Origin: Candidatus Zhuqueibacterota bacterium
GTDB taxonomy: Bacteria; Zhuqueibacterota; Zhuqueibacteria; JANLFK01; Oleimicrobiaceae
DNA: 64,000 bases
Direction of reading: 5' to 3'
NCBI GenBank assembly: GCA_024655945.1
Contig: JANLFK010000011.1
Coordinates: 22,021 to 86,020, forward strand
Part shown: positions 8,994-18,778 of the stretch, one piece after another
Position numbering within the stretch: the stretch's first letter is position 1
How the letters are laid out: each line of letters opens with the position of its first letter
Made by a program: the position numbers and the translations under genes
Notes under the pieces: model-generated
What the model was told of the DNA's origin: nothing
The model's input: only the letters and a program-made list of their open reading frames with translations
Database searches by the model: none

Positions 8994-11498
8994 CTACTTT
9001 GTAGGCGGTGCCGCGGCGCGCCGGCGCTGCAGGTAGGGCGGAACGGTGCTGTAGGCCACTACGCCTGCGGCCAAAAGCAAGCCCACAATGCTCACCATCA
9101 GCCCAAGGCGGAACGAGGCTGGCCGGAAGGCGAAGTGGATGCGGTGGTGCCCAGGTTGCAGGAAGAGGCCGCGCAGAATGTAGTTGGTCTTGTAGATGCG
9201 CACCGCACGACCGTTGTCGTAAGCCTTCCATCCTGCGGGGTAAAAGACCTCGCTCACCACCAGCAGCGTCGGCCAGGCAACCTCGGCCTCGAGGTGGATG
9301 TCGTGGAGGTCGTACGAGCTGACCTGCACGCGATTCTCCGCCGCAGGTGCGATGGCAAAGGGTGGCTGCTCCTCGACGATCGCCATGCGATGTGGGTCAA
9401 ACTTCCCGCTCTTCATGAACTCGAAGATACGATTGCGGCCAGAGACGACCACCACGCTGTCGACAAAAAAGGCGCGCGGCAAGGCCCCGGTGTTCAGGTA
9501 GACCCCAGGCATGTCGTCCAGAACCTTGCGGAATTGCTCGTCGCGCAGGTCGTAATAGGAAATGACGTATTTGACGTTGAGCATGTCCAGGAAGGCGCGG
9601 TCAGTGACGATGCGTTGTGGCGAAATCGTGCCCGGCGCTACCGGCTGCAGCATTGGCCTGCCCTGGTGGGAAACAAGACGCCAATACTTGGCAAAAAGCG
9701 GCGGGATGCCAGGGAAGGTGCGCTGGTCAAGGCCGCTCTCCTCAATGAACTCCTGGTAGATGCGCAGCTTGGCCGCGTGGTAGCCGAACACACTCTGGAT
9801 CTTGTGGTACATGTACCAGTTGGGCGTGCGATTGTCCGGCGCCGCATAGATGCGGAAAGGCTCCTTGTCGCTCTGCAGGAACCTCACCGCTTCGTTTCTT
9901 GCAAAATAGGCATTTTCGTCAGCTCTTGGCCTAGCCTTGATGATCCGCGCGTCCACCAGGTAGAGGTCCACAACCGCTACAACGATGACCACCGTCGCCA
10001 TCAGCGCTCTCCCTACCTGGCGCCGCAGGTACAGATGCACCATGCCGGCACTCACCGCGGTGAAAAAGAGCGTCAGAAACGCGTCCAGCAGTGCCCGGTT
10101 GTAGGCGTGCGCGCGAACATCCACCGTCAATTTCCGCGGCAAGCTTCCTGCCAAGGAGATGTACAAGCCCTTGCCTACAAGCAAGAAGAAAAACAGCACC
10201 CCGACCACCGCGAGGAAAACGGCACTGTAGGTGGAGACTGCACGCCAACGCTGAGCAGGCACTTTGTCCTGGGCAAGCATCAGCACCTCATGCAGGCCGA
10301 TGCCGGCGAGCAGCAGCATGGCAATGTCCAAGACGATGTGGATCATGCTCGGCACGCGGAAGCTGCTGAAGAAGGGCAGGAGGTGAAACATCGGCTTGTA
10401 CAGAATGGGGAAGTGCTGACCAAAAGAGACTAACAGTGAGAGGAGGGCCACCACCGCGAGGAAGATCGTGTTCCGGTCCCGGCGCAGCACCAGAGCCATA
10501 CCCGCAAAGAAAAGGACCACTACGCCGAAATAGAGCGGGTAGTCGGTGAAGGGCATCTTGCCCCAGTAGGTCTCGCCGCCAAAGCCCAAGAACGACGGCA
10601 CCACAAAGGTGACCATCTCCAGCGGGGAGAATGACCAGGCAGTGGCATAGTCGTAGTCCAGTGCCCCTTCAGCGCCGCCACGGATGGAATAGTGGGAGTA
10701 TTCGTACACCGGCAGGGTCAGCACCGCCGAGAGCATGACGCCCAAGATCCCGGCCGCTGCCAGCAGGGCTGCGCTCTGCCAGACCGGTTTCCATCCCTGG
10801 CGCGCTCGCAAAGCAAGGATGCTCCGGTAGACGAAGAACAGGATGATGAGGAGGGCCGTGTAGTACGACACCTGCAGGTGGGCCCTGAGCAGTTGAAAGC
10901 CGATCGCCAGTCCGAGGAGAGCTGCATACAGAGGTTGGCGCTTGGTGACCACCAGCTCGGTGAGGTAAAGGATGAGCGGGATCAGCACCAAGGTCAGGAA
11001 CTTGGTATTGTGGCCAAAGGCGGTAAAGGCGACGTACTGCGGCACAAATACCACGGACAAGCCCGCAAAAATGGCCGCCAGCGGGTGCACCTTCCAATGG
11101 CGGAGGAGCAAGAAAATGAGGCTCCCGAACAGCAAATAGTTGAGTAAAATGAAGAGGAACGGCGGCAGTTGCAGCAGTCCAAGGACGGACTTGACCGCCG
11201 AGTCGATGGGGTTCACGCGGGGGGCGCTGAGCAGGCTGCCGTAGGAAGGCATGCCGCTGAAAATATACGGCGTCCACAGCGGGAATATCCCGCGCCTCAG
11301 CGCATCTTTGACGAACGGCGCGGTGGCGTCGGCCGTCAGCTTGTCCGGCGGCAGGAGCGTCTTGCCGAAAAAGAGGATCTGACCGTACACCACACAGAGC
11401 AGCACGACCATGACCGCCAGCAGCACCAAGAGAGGCCGTCGCTCGCCAGCTGAAGGTCGAGTTTGTGGCGTGGTCTGCATCGGTTTCTTCTTGGCCAT
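8994..11498 (-). CDS. YfhO-family polytopic membrane protein (putative GT-C glycosyltransferase)
   Basis: PLWTPYIFSGMP, FSSFRVP, YLNTGALPRAFFV, SEVFYPAGWKA, NYILRGLFLQPGHHRI motifs. Confidence 0.85.
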   Translation of the reverse strand: MAKKKPMQTTPQTRPSAGERRPLLVLLAVMVVLLCVVYGQILFFGKTLLPPDKLTADATAPFVKDALRRGIFPLWTPYIFSGMPSYGSLLSAPRVNPIDSAVKSVLGLLQLPPFLFILLNYLLFGSLIFLLLRHWKVHPLAAIFAGLSVVFVPQYVAFTAFGHNTKFLTLVLIPLILYLTELVVTKRQPLYAALLGLAIGFQLLRAHLQVSYYTALLIILFFVYRSILALRARQGWKPVWQSAALLAAAGILGVMLSAVLTLPVYEYSHYSIRGGAEGALDYDYATAWSFSPLEMVTFVVPSFLGFGGETYWGKMPFTDYPLYFGVVVLFFAGMALVLRRDRNTIFLAVVALLSLLVSFGQHFPILYKPMFHLLPFFSSFRVPSMIHIVLDIAMLLLAGIGLHEVLMLAQDKVPAQRWRAVSTYSAVFLAVVGVLFFFLLVGKGLYISLAGSLPRKLTVDVRAHAYNRALLDAFLTLFFTAVSAGMVHLYLRRQVGRALMATVVIVVAVVDLYLVDARIIKARPRADENAYFARNEAVRFLQSDKEPFRIYAAPDNRTPNWYMYHKIQSVFGYHAAKLRIYQEFIEESGLDQRTFPGIPPLFAKYWRLVSHQGRPMLQPVAPGTISPQRIVTDRAFLDMLNVKYVISYYDLRDEQFRKVLDDMPGVYLNTGALPRAFFVDSVVVVSGRNRIFEFMKSGKFDPHRMAIVEEQPPFAIAPAAENRVQVSSYDLHDIHLEAEVAWPTLLVVSEVFYPAGWKAYDNGRAVRIYKTNYILRGLFLQPGHHRIHFAFRPASFRLGLMVSIVGLLLAAGVVAYSTVPPYLQRRRAAAPPTK

Positions 11499-11574
11499 CA
11501 CTGTACCTCGTTTGGCGTTCGTGCGCCGCGGCGCGCGGGCGATGACGCTGCACACGGCGCTGAGTGGGGATCAT

Positions 11575-12180
11575 CTATGGCACCGCTATCCCCAATGCGC
11601 GAAGCTCTCCCACCAGGGCATCGCGTCCCGGGTAGAGGAAGGCGGCCATGCCCACCGAGCGGGCGGCGAGCACATTGGGTTCAAGGTCGTCGATGAACAG
11701 CGCCTCAGCCGGGGCACAGCCGGCCCTGGCCAAGGCAGTGGTGAAGATTGCCGGGTCGGGTTTGGCCAGGTGCTCGCGGAACGAAAGCACGGCGGGCCGC
11801 ATGCCGGCCACGGCCTCGATGTGACGCGCAATCCACTCGTAATGGGCCACGTTGGTATTGCTGATGGCCCCGACCTGGAGGCGGCCGTCCAGCTGGGTGA
11901 TGAGCCGCACGACCTCCTGATTGGGGGTGAAGATGTCACTGAAGGCGCGCACGAACTGCTCCTCTTCCATCCTGAGTTGCAGCGCCTGGAGCGCCCAGCT
12001 GGCGTACTCCCTGGTGGAGGTTAGACCGAGCTCGTATTTCTTCGTCTCCGGCGACTCGAGAAGAAGTCGCTCAATCTGCGCAGGTTCGTAAGGACTGAAC
12101 TTGGCAAGCCGCTGCACCGCAAGGTCGAAGTGGACGTTGACCACCACGCCCCCAAGGTCAAAGAAGACGGTTTTGATCAT
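11575..12180 (-). CDS. HAD family phosphatase (YihX-like)
   Basis: FFDLGGV, SNTN, KPDPAIF, FIDD motifs; start moved to MIKTVFF. Confidence 0.88.
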   Translation of the reverse strand: MIKTVFFDLGGVVVNVHFDLAVQRLAKFSPYEPAQIERLLLESPETKKYELGLTSTREYASWALQALQLRMEEEQFVRAFSDIFTPNQEVVRLITQLDGRLQVGAISNTNVAHYEWIARHIEAVAGMRPAVLSFREHLAKPDPAIFTTALARAGCAPAEALFIDDLEPNVLAARSVGMAAFLYPGRDALVGELRALGIAVP

Positions 12181-12244
12181 TCCTCTACCACTGGCAGAAA
12201 GGTCATTGGCATTCGGCTTCCGCTCTGCGCGATCCTCGCGGCCA

Positions 12245-12273
12245 AAGTTACAAAAGGGGCGGCGAAAAGTCAA
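12245..12273 (-). promoter_or_regulatory. Candidate sigma70 promoter for the HAD-yfhO-kinase block
   Basis: Minus strand TTGACT-N17-TAACTT. Confidence 0.55.
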
Positions 12274-12737
12274 GGGAAACGTCCATGCTCGACGATTTTC
12301 CCCCTGGGGTGCCAGTGGTCGGCGGTGAGCTGCAGGTGCCTCACTGCCTCCTGTCGATGCCACAACTGGGCTGCCCCTGGCATGTCGCACGCCGGCATAG
12401 GCGGGGGGCGTCGGCGGCATAGCAGCCGGACATCGGAGAGCACCGGAGTACGGCTGCCCAGCACGCCTCCCCCGGATGCCCCCGACCTTGTGCCACGACC
12501 CCGCAAAGGAGACGAGCCAAACAGTCTGTTCGCCCACGCGCTACTGACCTTCGCGCAGGTACTCTGCCGATTCCAGGGTTGACTTGGGGCCTCTTAGCCG
12601 TAGGCGCGCCTCGGCGCTACCTCGCCGCTGAACCCCGCACGCCATTGCCGGAACCGCGCACCAGGCTGCTCATGATGAGCCGTCCCGCACCGCGTTCCTC
12701 TCCTGCCGGTGAAAACGAGCAAAGGTCGGCGGATGCT

Positions 12738-15227
12738 TTACCGCCTCACCTGCAGCTCCGCCCAGTCCGCATGGTCATAGTCGATGCCGTCGCCGCCGTC
12801 GGCCACCTGCAGGCGCAGAATGTGCACGCCGCCTATTGCTACCTGCATCCTTTGGGGCGGCTGACCGCCGCGCATGAGGCCGCTGCGCCAGAGGAGCCGT
12901 CCGTCGCCGAATACCTCAAAGACCACAGAACCGCGTCCCTTGGGCACCTCGTCATCCACACCGACCCAGCCCTCCAGTGTGGTGAAGCTGGCTCCGAGTC
13001 GATAGACGATCTCGGAGGCGGCGTGGGTGCCGATCCCCTTGGCAAATCTTCGGCCGGCGATGCTCAGGTTTCTCCCCTCCACGCTGGCATCCATCTGCAC
13101 CGCCGCCCAGCCGCATGTGGCGCGAAGCGCTCGAGCGTCGGAGAGCCATACTTGCTCCGGAGCGGTGAGAACCCCCTCCAGGTCGATGCTCGCCAATTCA
13201 CTGCGTGTGCCATCCTGCCAGACGGTTGCCACCGAGACGACGTTTGTCGCGCTCAGGTCCAGGTTCCGCAACTCCACGCGCGCAAGAGGCGTGAAGCCGA
13301 GGAGCTTACCGTTGAAATAGACAAGGTACCCACAGTTCAAGCTGTAGACAGGATTCCAGCTCACCTCCGCGCAATCGAGTCCTATCTGCCTGGCGCGTAG
13401 TTGGCGCGGGGTCTCCACCGGAAAGGAATAGCACTCGGCCGGCTCAAATGTCACCTGCCAACGTACCTGCTGTGAGGCCGAACTGACGAAGGAACAGGTT
13501 GCCCACCCCTGGTGGTTGGTCACCTCCATTGTCCGACCGGCGACCTTTGCCTCCTTGATGCGGAACGTGCGCCCGCTCCTGGGGAAGGCAAAGCGGAGCT
13601 CATAGCGGTCGCCCGCGACAACCTCGCTCTTCCCGGAGTAGACAAGCCTCGATGAGTCGTAGGAGACTTCGCACAGGTCGACCCATCCCTGGGTGATGTG
13701 GCGATTAGTCGAGATGAGTTGCGGGCGTTCCTCTGCGGGAACCAGCGTGAGCACGCGGCACGAGGCCGGGTCCAGATGGACGAAAATGCCGTTCTCCCAG
13801 CAGCCCACGTACTCCTCCGCCCAAAAGTCGTACACGTGCATCGGGCTGTCTTCTGGCAGGCCGAGCTCCGCCCAGGAAAGGTAGAGGCACACCGGGTTGC
13901 GCTCGTCGTAGTTGAAAAGACCCACCACGTCGTAGTGCCTCCCCAGATGGTTGACCTTGAGGTCCCAAATCTGCTTGTTGGCCTGCGAGGGGAAGAGGTC
14001 CAAGGGACGGATGTCGACCGCCGGGAAGACGCGCTTGAGTATCTCCACTCGCTCTGGCGGGAGGTCGGGCATGCGGTCGCTGGCCATGAGCGCTTGTCCG
14101 GTCAGGCCCTGCAGTGTGCTCCAGGCGCGCGCCATGTCCAGGGGGAGTGGCGGCCGGAGGAGCATCACGTCTGGGTCGCAGTACCAGACCATGTTGTGCA
14201 GGAAGTACCAGCGCATGGTGGCCTGCACGGCCGTCAGGAAGCCGCGCCAGTCGCAGACCACGTCGCCACCGGTGCGCGAGCCGTTCATGATGCCCATGCC
14301 AGGCAGCGGTATCCCCCAACAGCCGAGCAAGTAGCTGTCCGGCCCGATGGCCTGGCGGATGGTGCGCAGCGTCTGCCGGTAGAGTTCCTCCGGCGCGCCC
14401 GCCGCCGGATTCGCCATGAACTGTTGCTTCTTGCGGTACTCGTCAATGACGATCGGCTGCCCATCGATTTTGAAGTAGGTGTATCCCCACTTCTGCAAAG
14501 TAGCAAAGAGGTTCTCTAAGTAGGCGTGTCCTCTTGGCGTAGAGGGGTCCACTAAGTACTTCCCTTCCCAGGTATCGGAAGCACTGCTACCGTCGGACTT
14601 CAGCAGGAAAGCCCCGGACTGCTTGACCACCTCCTCGTTGCTCTGGCCGTGCGGTGCTAACCAGAGGCCGGGCTCTAAGCCCTGTTTCTTGATGAAAGTG
14701 GCAAGTTTGTCCATCCCTTCGGGGAACCGCTTGTCGATGGTGGTCCAATCACGGTTTTCGCCCATGCCGTGGCCGGTGCCCTGCCAGCCATCGTCGATCT
14801 GGCAGTAGCGCGCACCAAAAGGCTTGAGGTGCGCGCCTAACCAGGCGGCATTCTGCCGCACCTCTTCGGCGTTGATCTCTTGGTAGTAGAAATACCACGA
14901 ACACCACCCCGAGGGCGCCAGGGGGAAGCGGCTCTTGTCCAAGGGCTGGTAGAAGGTGATGCCGTGGCGCTGGCGGAAATAGTCCTTAATTTCCGTCCCA
15001 TCCCTGAGACGCACCACGTCCTCCTCCGGGTAGAAAATGCCATCGGCAAGAGGCGTCTCCACAGGCCCCAAGGTCATCACGAAGAGGTCGGGCTGGGCAC
15101 TGTCGGTCGTCCGACATGGCACCGGCCTGGGCCAGGCGAGCTCTACCTCACTTCTTGGAGTGCGCCGTGAGCAAGACAGAGCAACCAGGCCTGCCAGGCT
15201 GAGAGCAAGTGGTAGGTATTTCAGCAT
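12738..15227 (-). CDS. Alpha-galactosidase-like glycoside hydrolase (GH36/GH27 clan D) lipoprotein with C-terminal NPCBM/NEW2 domain
   Basis: Lipobox LVALSC; GWCSW, QIDDGWQ, YFKIDG, SRTGGD, DPD motifs; C-terminal KGIGTHA...VGVDD...FEVFGDG...DHADWA. Confidence 0.85.
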   Translation of the reverse strand: MLKYLPLALSLAGLVALSCSRRTPRSEVELAWPRPVPCRTTDSAQPDLFVMTLGPVETPLADGIFYPEEDVVRLRDGTEIKDYFRQRHGITFYQPLDKSRFPLAPSGWCSWYFYYQEINAEEVRQNAAWLGAHLKPFGARYCQIDDGWQGTGHGMGENRDWTTIDKRFPEGMDKLATFIKKQGLEPGLWLAPHGQSNEEVVKQSGAFLLKSDGSSASDTWEGKYLVDPSTPRGHAYLENLFATLQKWGYTYFKIDGQPIVIDEYRKKQQFMANPAAGAPEELYRQTLRTIRQAIGPDSYLLGCWGIPLPGMGIMNGSRTGGDVVCDWRGFLTAVQATMRWYFLHNMVWYCDPDVMLLRPPLPLDMARAWSTLQGLTGQALMASDRMPDLPPERVEILKRVFPAVDIRPLDLFPSQANKQIWDLKVNHLGRHYDVVGLFNYDERNPVCLYLSWAELGLPEDSPMHVYDFWAEEYVGCWENGIFVHLDPASCRVLTLVPAEERPQLISTNRHITQGWVDLCEVSYDSSRLVYSGKSEVVAGDRYELRFAFPRSGRTFRIKEAKVAGRTMEVTNHQGWATCSFVSSASQQVRWQVTFEPAECYSFPVETPRQLRARQIGLDCAEVSWNPVYSLNCGYLVYFNGKLLGFTPLARVELRNLDLSATNVVSVATVWQDGTRSELASIDLEGVLTAPEQVWLSDARALRATCGWAAVQMDASVEGRNLSIAGRRFAKGIGTHAASEIVYRLGASFTTLEGWVGVDDEVPKGRGSVVFEVFGDGRLLWRSGLMRGGQPPQRMQVAIGGVHILRLQVADGGDGIDYDHADWAELQVRR

Positions 15228-15254
15228 GACGTCCTCCAGGTTACACGACGAAGC

Positions 15255-16103
15255 TTAACACTTCAACGCACCGCTGGTCATCCCCCTGATGAAGGCCTTC
15301 GTCGTCAGCGCAAACAGCAGCAGCAAGGGGAGAGAGGCGATGACGTAGCCTGCAAAGAGCGCCGGGTACTGGCACCCGTAGAGCGAAGTATTGTAGGCCA
15401 GCAGGCCCACCGGGAGCACGAACTTACGCGCGTCGTTGAGCGTGACGAAGGGCCACATGAACTCGTTCCACGCCCAGAGCAGATTCATGATCGCCACCAC
15501 GCTCAGCATCGGCCGCGACAGCGGCAGCACCACATGCCAGAAGATGCGCAACTCGCTCGAACCGTCCACCGTGGCCGCGTCAAAAAGGTCTCGGGGAATG
15601 GCCTCAAAGCAGGAGCGCAACAAGAAGATGGCAAAGACCTGTCCCCCGCTCACATATGGCAGAATGAGCGCTAAATGGGAGTTGAGCAGCCCTAATTGCC
15701 GCACCACCATGAATGCCGGCACTAAGGTGAGCACCGAAGGGACCATGAGGACGGCAATCAAGGCCAAGAACAGGGCATTGCGCCCGGGAAACGTGAAGCG
15801 GGCGAACACATAGGCGGTGATCGAGGATAACACCAGCACACCGGCCACCGCGGCGCCGCTCACCAAGATGCTGTTGAGAAGGTACTGCCGGACGGTCTGC
15901 CATCCGTCCACGTAGTTTGCCCAATGGATCGGCGAGGCAAGCCCCCAGAAGTCGCGGTAGAACTGCGGGATGCTCTTTAGAGAGGTCAGAATCATCACGG
16001 CAAAAGGCAAGAAGGTGAAGGTCACCGCCACCAGAAGCACGGCGTGAGCCGGGATATGCCCAGCGGAAAAGAGACCTCGTGGGCGACAACGCCTCGTCCT
16101 CAC
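15255..16103 (-). CDS. Carbohydrate ABC transporter permease (MalG-like)
   Basis: EAA loop (DAATVDGSS), WNEFMWP; GTG start overlaps the upstream stop. Confidence 0.9.
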   Translation of the reverse strand: MRTRRCRPRGLFSAGHIPAHAVLLVAVTFTFLPFAVMILTSLKSIPQFYRDFWGLASPIHWANYVDGWQTVRQYLLNSILVSGAAVAGVLVLSSITAYVFARFTFPGRNALFLALIAVLMVPSVLTLVPAFMVVRQLGLLNSHLALILPYVSGGQVFAIFLLRSCFEAIPRDLFDAATVDGSSELRIFWHVVLPLSRPMLSVVAIMNLLWAWNEFMWPFVTLNDARKFVLPVGLLAYNTSLYGCQYPALFAGYVIASLPLLLLFALTTKAFIRGMTSGALKC

Positions 16104-16975
16104 GCGATCTCCTCCTGTTTCATGAAGCGCAAGTTGAGCACCGTGAGTCCCAACATTGCCAGGAAGAGCACCACCCCGATGCTGCAGGCATAGCCCATCT
16201 CGTTGAAAGAGAAGCCGCACAGGTACATCCACAGGCCAGGCACCATCGTCGTGTAGCCCGGCCCGCCGCGGGTGAGGATGAGGAAGAGCTCGTAGCCTTG
16301 CATGGTGCCAATCATGGTCAGCACCACGATTACTCGCATCTGCCCTAAGAGCAGCGGGAGCTCGATGCGCCAGAAGCGCCACCACCAGCCTGCTCCCTCC
16401 AAGCGCGCCGACTCTAACAGCGAATCGGGGATGTTGAGCAGGCCTGCGTAGAAAACCAGCAAGGCAAAGCCGGAGACAAAGGGGAAGCCAACGCCTATCA
16501 GCGCTCCAAGTGCCGTTTGCGGGTTACTGAGCCATCCCTTACTGAGGCCGGACAGCCCCAGTGCCTGCAGCAGCGCTGTCAGCAGCCCACCATCAGCATA
16601 GATGAACTGCCACAGCAAGATGACCACTATGGCCGGCACCACCATCGGTATCACAAAGAGCACGCGGTAGAAATAGCGCCAGGCTTCGCGTCGCAGGTGA
16701 AAGATCAACACCGCCACCGCCAAGGGCACGGCAAGCTTGATGGTCAGGTTAGCCACCATGACCAACGCGAGATTGGCGAAGGCCTTCCACATGACGGCGT
16801 CGTGCACCAGGCGGGCGAAGTTGCTGAGTCCCGTGTATTCCTCCACGCCGCCGGGGTCCCAACGATAGAAACTGTGGAAAAAGGCGCTGACGATCGGCCA
16901 GTAGTTGAACACCACCAGCAGCGCAAAGCTGGGCAGCAGCGCTATGTAGATGCCCCGTGGGGCTCGTCGCGTCAC
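16100..16975 (-). CDS. Carbohydrate ABC transporter permease (MalF-like)
   Basis: GLSNFARL, EAA loop ESARLEGAG, LTRGGPG. Confidence 0.9.
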   Translation of the reverse strand: MTRRAPRGIYIALLPSFALLVVFNYWPIVSAFFHSFYRWDPGGVEEYTGLSNFARLVHDAVMWKAFANLALVMVANLTIKLAVPLAVAVLIFHLRREAWRYFYRVLFVIPMVVPAIVVILLWQFIYADGGLLTALLQALGLSGLSKGWLSNPQTALGALIGVGFPFVSGFALLVFYAGLLNIPDSLLESARLEGAGWWWRFWRIELPLLLGQMRVIVVLTMIGTMQGYELFLILTRGGPGYTTMVPGLWMYLCGFSFNEMGYACSIGVVLFLAMLGLTVLNLRFMKQEEIA

Positions 16976-18615
16976 GGTGCCCTCCTTGCCGAGAGCAGGC
17001 GGGCTTCTGCCTCAGGCGACCACTCCGGAAGGCCCTCTGGTTCCGGCCAGCCGTTCTCGGCGATCAGGCGTTCGGCCGTTTCGCGGAAGTAGCGACCCAT
17101 CTCCTGCATCAGTTCATCCAGGCTGATGCCATCCTGCAAATAGAGCTCGATCATCCGCTGGTGGTGGTCAGTGAAGCGATGGCCAAGGGAATAGTTCCAC
17201 TTAGTAGTGCAATAGCGCCTGGTGACGATCTCTGCGAAAGGGGCCAACGAGGGTGGCAGAGGTGCACCCACAATGTGCGGCACGAAGAGCCCCGCCTCGT
17301 TCACCACGCGGGCGTTGTTCTCCGGTGTGGTCAGGAACATGAGAAAGTCAATCACCGCGTCCAGTTCAGCGTCGTCGACGGCGCGCCGGGTGACGTGGAA
17401 TTGCATTCCTGCCCCGCCAATGACGCACTGGTCCACTCCGCAGCAGTATGGCGAGTGGTCTCGATGAATGGGCGGCGGGTAGAACACACCCCAGTGGAAA
17501 TTGACCATTGGGTCCATCCGCAGGCGGCGCACGAACCAGGAGCCGTTCCAGACCATTGCCGCCTTCTGGGTGAGAAACAGGCGAGCGCCGTCGGTGGTGG
17601 CAAAGTCACGCTGCCAGTAGGTGCGCCATTCCCGCAGCAGGCGCCAGACCTCGCGAAAGCGCGGATTGTCCGGGGCAAACCACCCCTTCTTCAGCAACCA
17701 GCACAACTCCTCCGGCAGGAGATAGCCTCGGTAGTATTCCTCCTCCAATGGCGATGCCTTCTTGTAGTCGATGATGTCCAACAGCTCGAAGTAGCACTGG
17801 TCAAAGATGAGGTCTTGCGCCCAGTCGTAGTGCATGTTCGTGGCGATGACCAGGGGGAGGTAGCCGGCCGCAGGGAGGTTCTTCTGTAGAGTGAGGAACT
17901 CCGGCCAGGTGCGAGGCAACCTGAGGTTAAGACGGGCGAATATGTCCTGGTTGTAAAAGATGCCGGTTTCTACAAGGTCGTAGACCACGCAGTAGAGTTT
18001 GCCATCCGGCGCGCGTTTGGCCTCTGTGAGGGGGCGCATGGCGAAGAGGTCGCGCCAGTGTTGGTTGCCTGGCACATAGGGATTGGGGAGGTCGAGGTAG
18101 GGATCTAACGGCACCCACCAGCCTTTGTTCTGCTCGATGTCGGGCCAGACTGCCTCGGTGTTGAGCTGGACGATCTCGGGGGCTACGCCGCCGAGCAGTT
18201 GCGTCCGCACCCACTCGCCCTCTGAGCCCCCTGACAGCATGAGCTGCGTGAGGAATTCTATGGTGACCTCAGGGTGCAGACGTTCGTATTCGTCTGCCAG
18301 TTCGCGCAATGCGCGCAGCGGCGGCCCCACTGCCTGCGGAGAGCCGCCGGGGCGATACTCTCCGGCCGCCACCTGGATGAGGTGGGGCCTCTCCGGATTC
18401 AGGGAGCGCCCGTACAGGGGCGGCTCCTTCCAACGCCAGTCGTCGCCAGGGTTACCGCCACGATTGGTACTGCACCCGCCTGCCAGGAGGATGCTCATGA
18501 GCAAGTGGCAGATGCCCACCAGGCCGGCACTTCTCACGCCACACGCTCCCTTCGCACGTTCGCCGCTGCTCTCCCTTGCTAGTGCATCCGGAGCGAAAGT
18601 ATCACATGGGCGCAC
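16972..18615 (-). CDS. Carbohydrate ABC transporter solute-binding (lipo)protein; true start probably near 18537
   Basis: LLAGGC lipobox-like, IFYNQDIF, P.TWPEF, AAMVWNGSW; precedes two permeases. Confidence 0.85.
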   Translation of the reverse strand: MRPCDTFAPDALARESSGERAKGACGVRSAGLVGICHLLMSILLAGGCSTNRGGNPGDDWRWKEPPLYGRSLNPERPHLIQVAAGEYRPGGSPQAVGPPLRALRELADEYERLHPEVTIEFLTQLMLSGGSEGEWVRTQLLGGVAPEIVQLNTEAVWPDIEQNKGWWVPLDPYLDLPNPYVPGNQHWRDLFAMRPLTEAKRAPDGKLYCVVYDLVETGIFYNQDIFARLNLRLPRTWPEFLTLQKNLPAAGYLPLVIATNMHYDWAQDLIFDQCYFELLDIIDYKKASPLEEEYYRGYLLPEELCWLLKKGWFAPDNPRFREVWRLLREWRTYWQRDFATTDGARLFLTQKAAMVWNGSWFVRRLRMDPMVNFHWGVFYPPPIHRDHSPYCCGVDQCVIGGAGMQFHVTRRAVDDAELDAVIDFLMFLTTPENNARVVNEAGLFVPHIVGAPLPPSLAPFAEIVTRRYCTTKWNYSLGHRFTDHHQRMIELYLQDGISLDELMQEMGRYFRETAERLIAENGWPEPEGLPEWSPEAEARLLSARRAP

Positions 18616-18638
18616 GGGGAGAGGTCAGTCTTGATTCA

Positions 18639-18729
18639 AATTTAGCAACTTTCCGGTCTTAGTCAAGCGAGAAAACGCCACCTTGCCCGGCAGAAAACAG
18701 TTGCATTCGTCGGTGAAGATGCATAACTT
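18639..18729. promoter_or_regulatory. Divergent sigma70-like promoters (ABC operon and PPIase)
   Basis: Minus: TTGACT(18661-66)-N16-TAAATT; plus: TTGCAT(18701-06)-N17-TAACTT. Confidence 0.5.
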
Positions 18730-18778
18730 TGCCAAACGCGACGGAGCGAAGAACCGAGGCCACACAAGGAGGAGAAGC

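Noticed and set aside
9135-10433. Long antisense ORFs (also 60335-61903, 54603-55775, 48834-50024, 45047-46069)
   Set aside because: They are shadow frames of real genes in GC-rich DNA and carry no family motifs.
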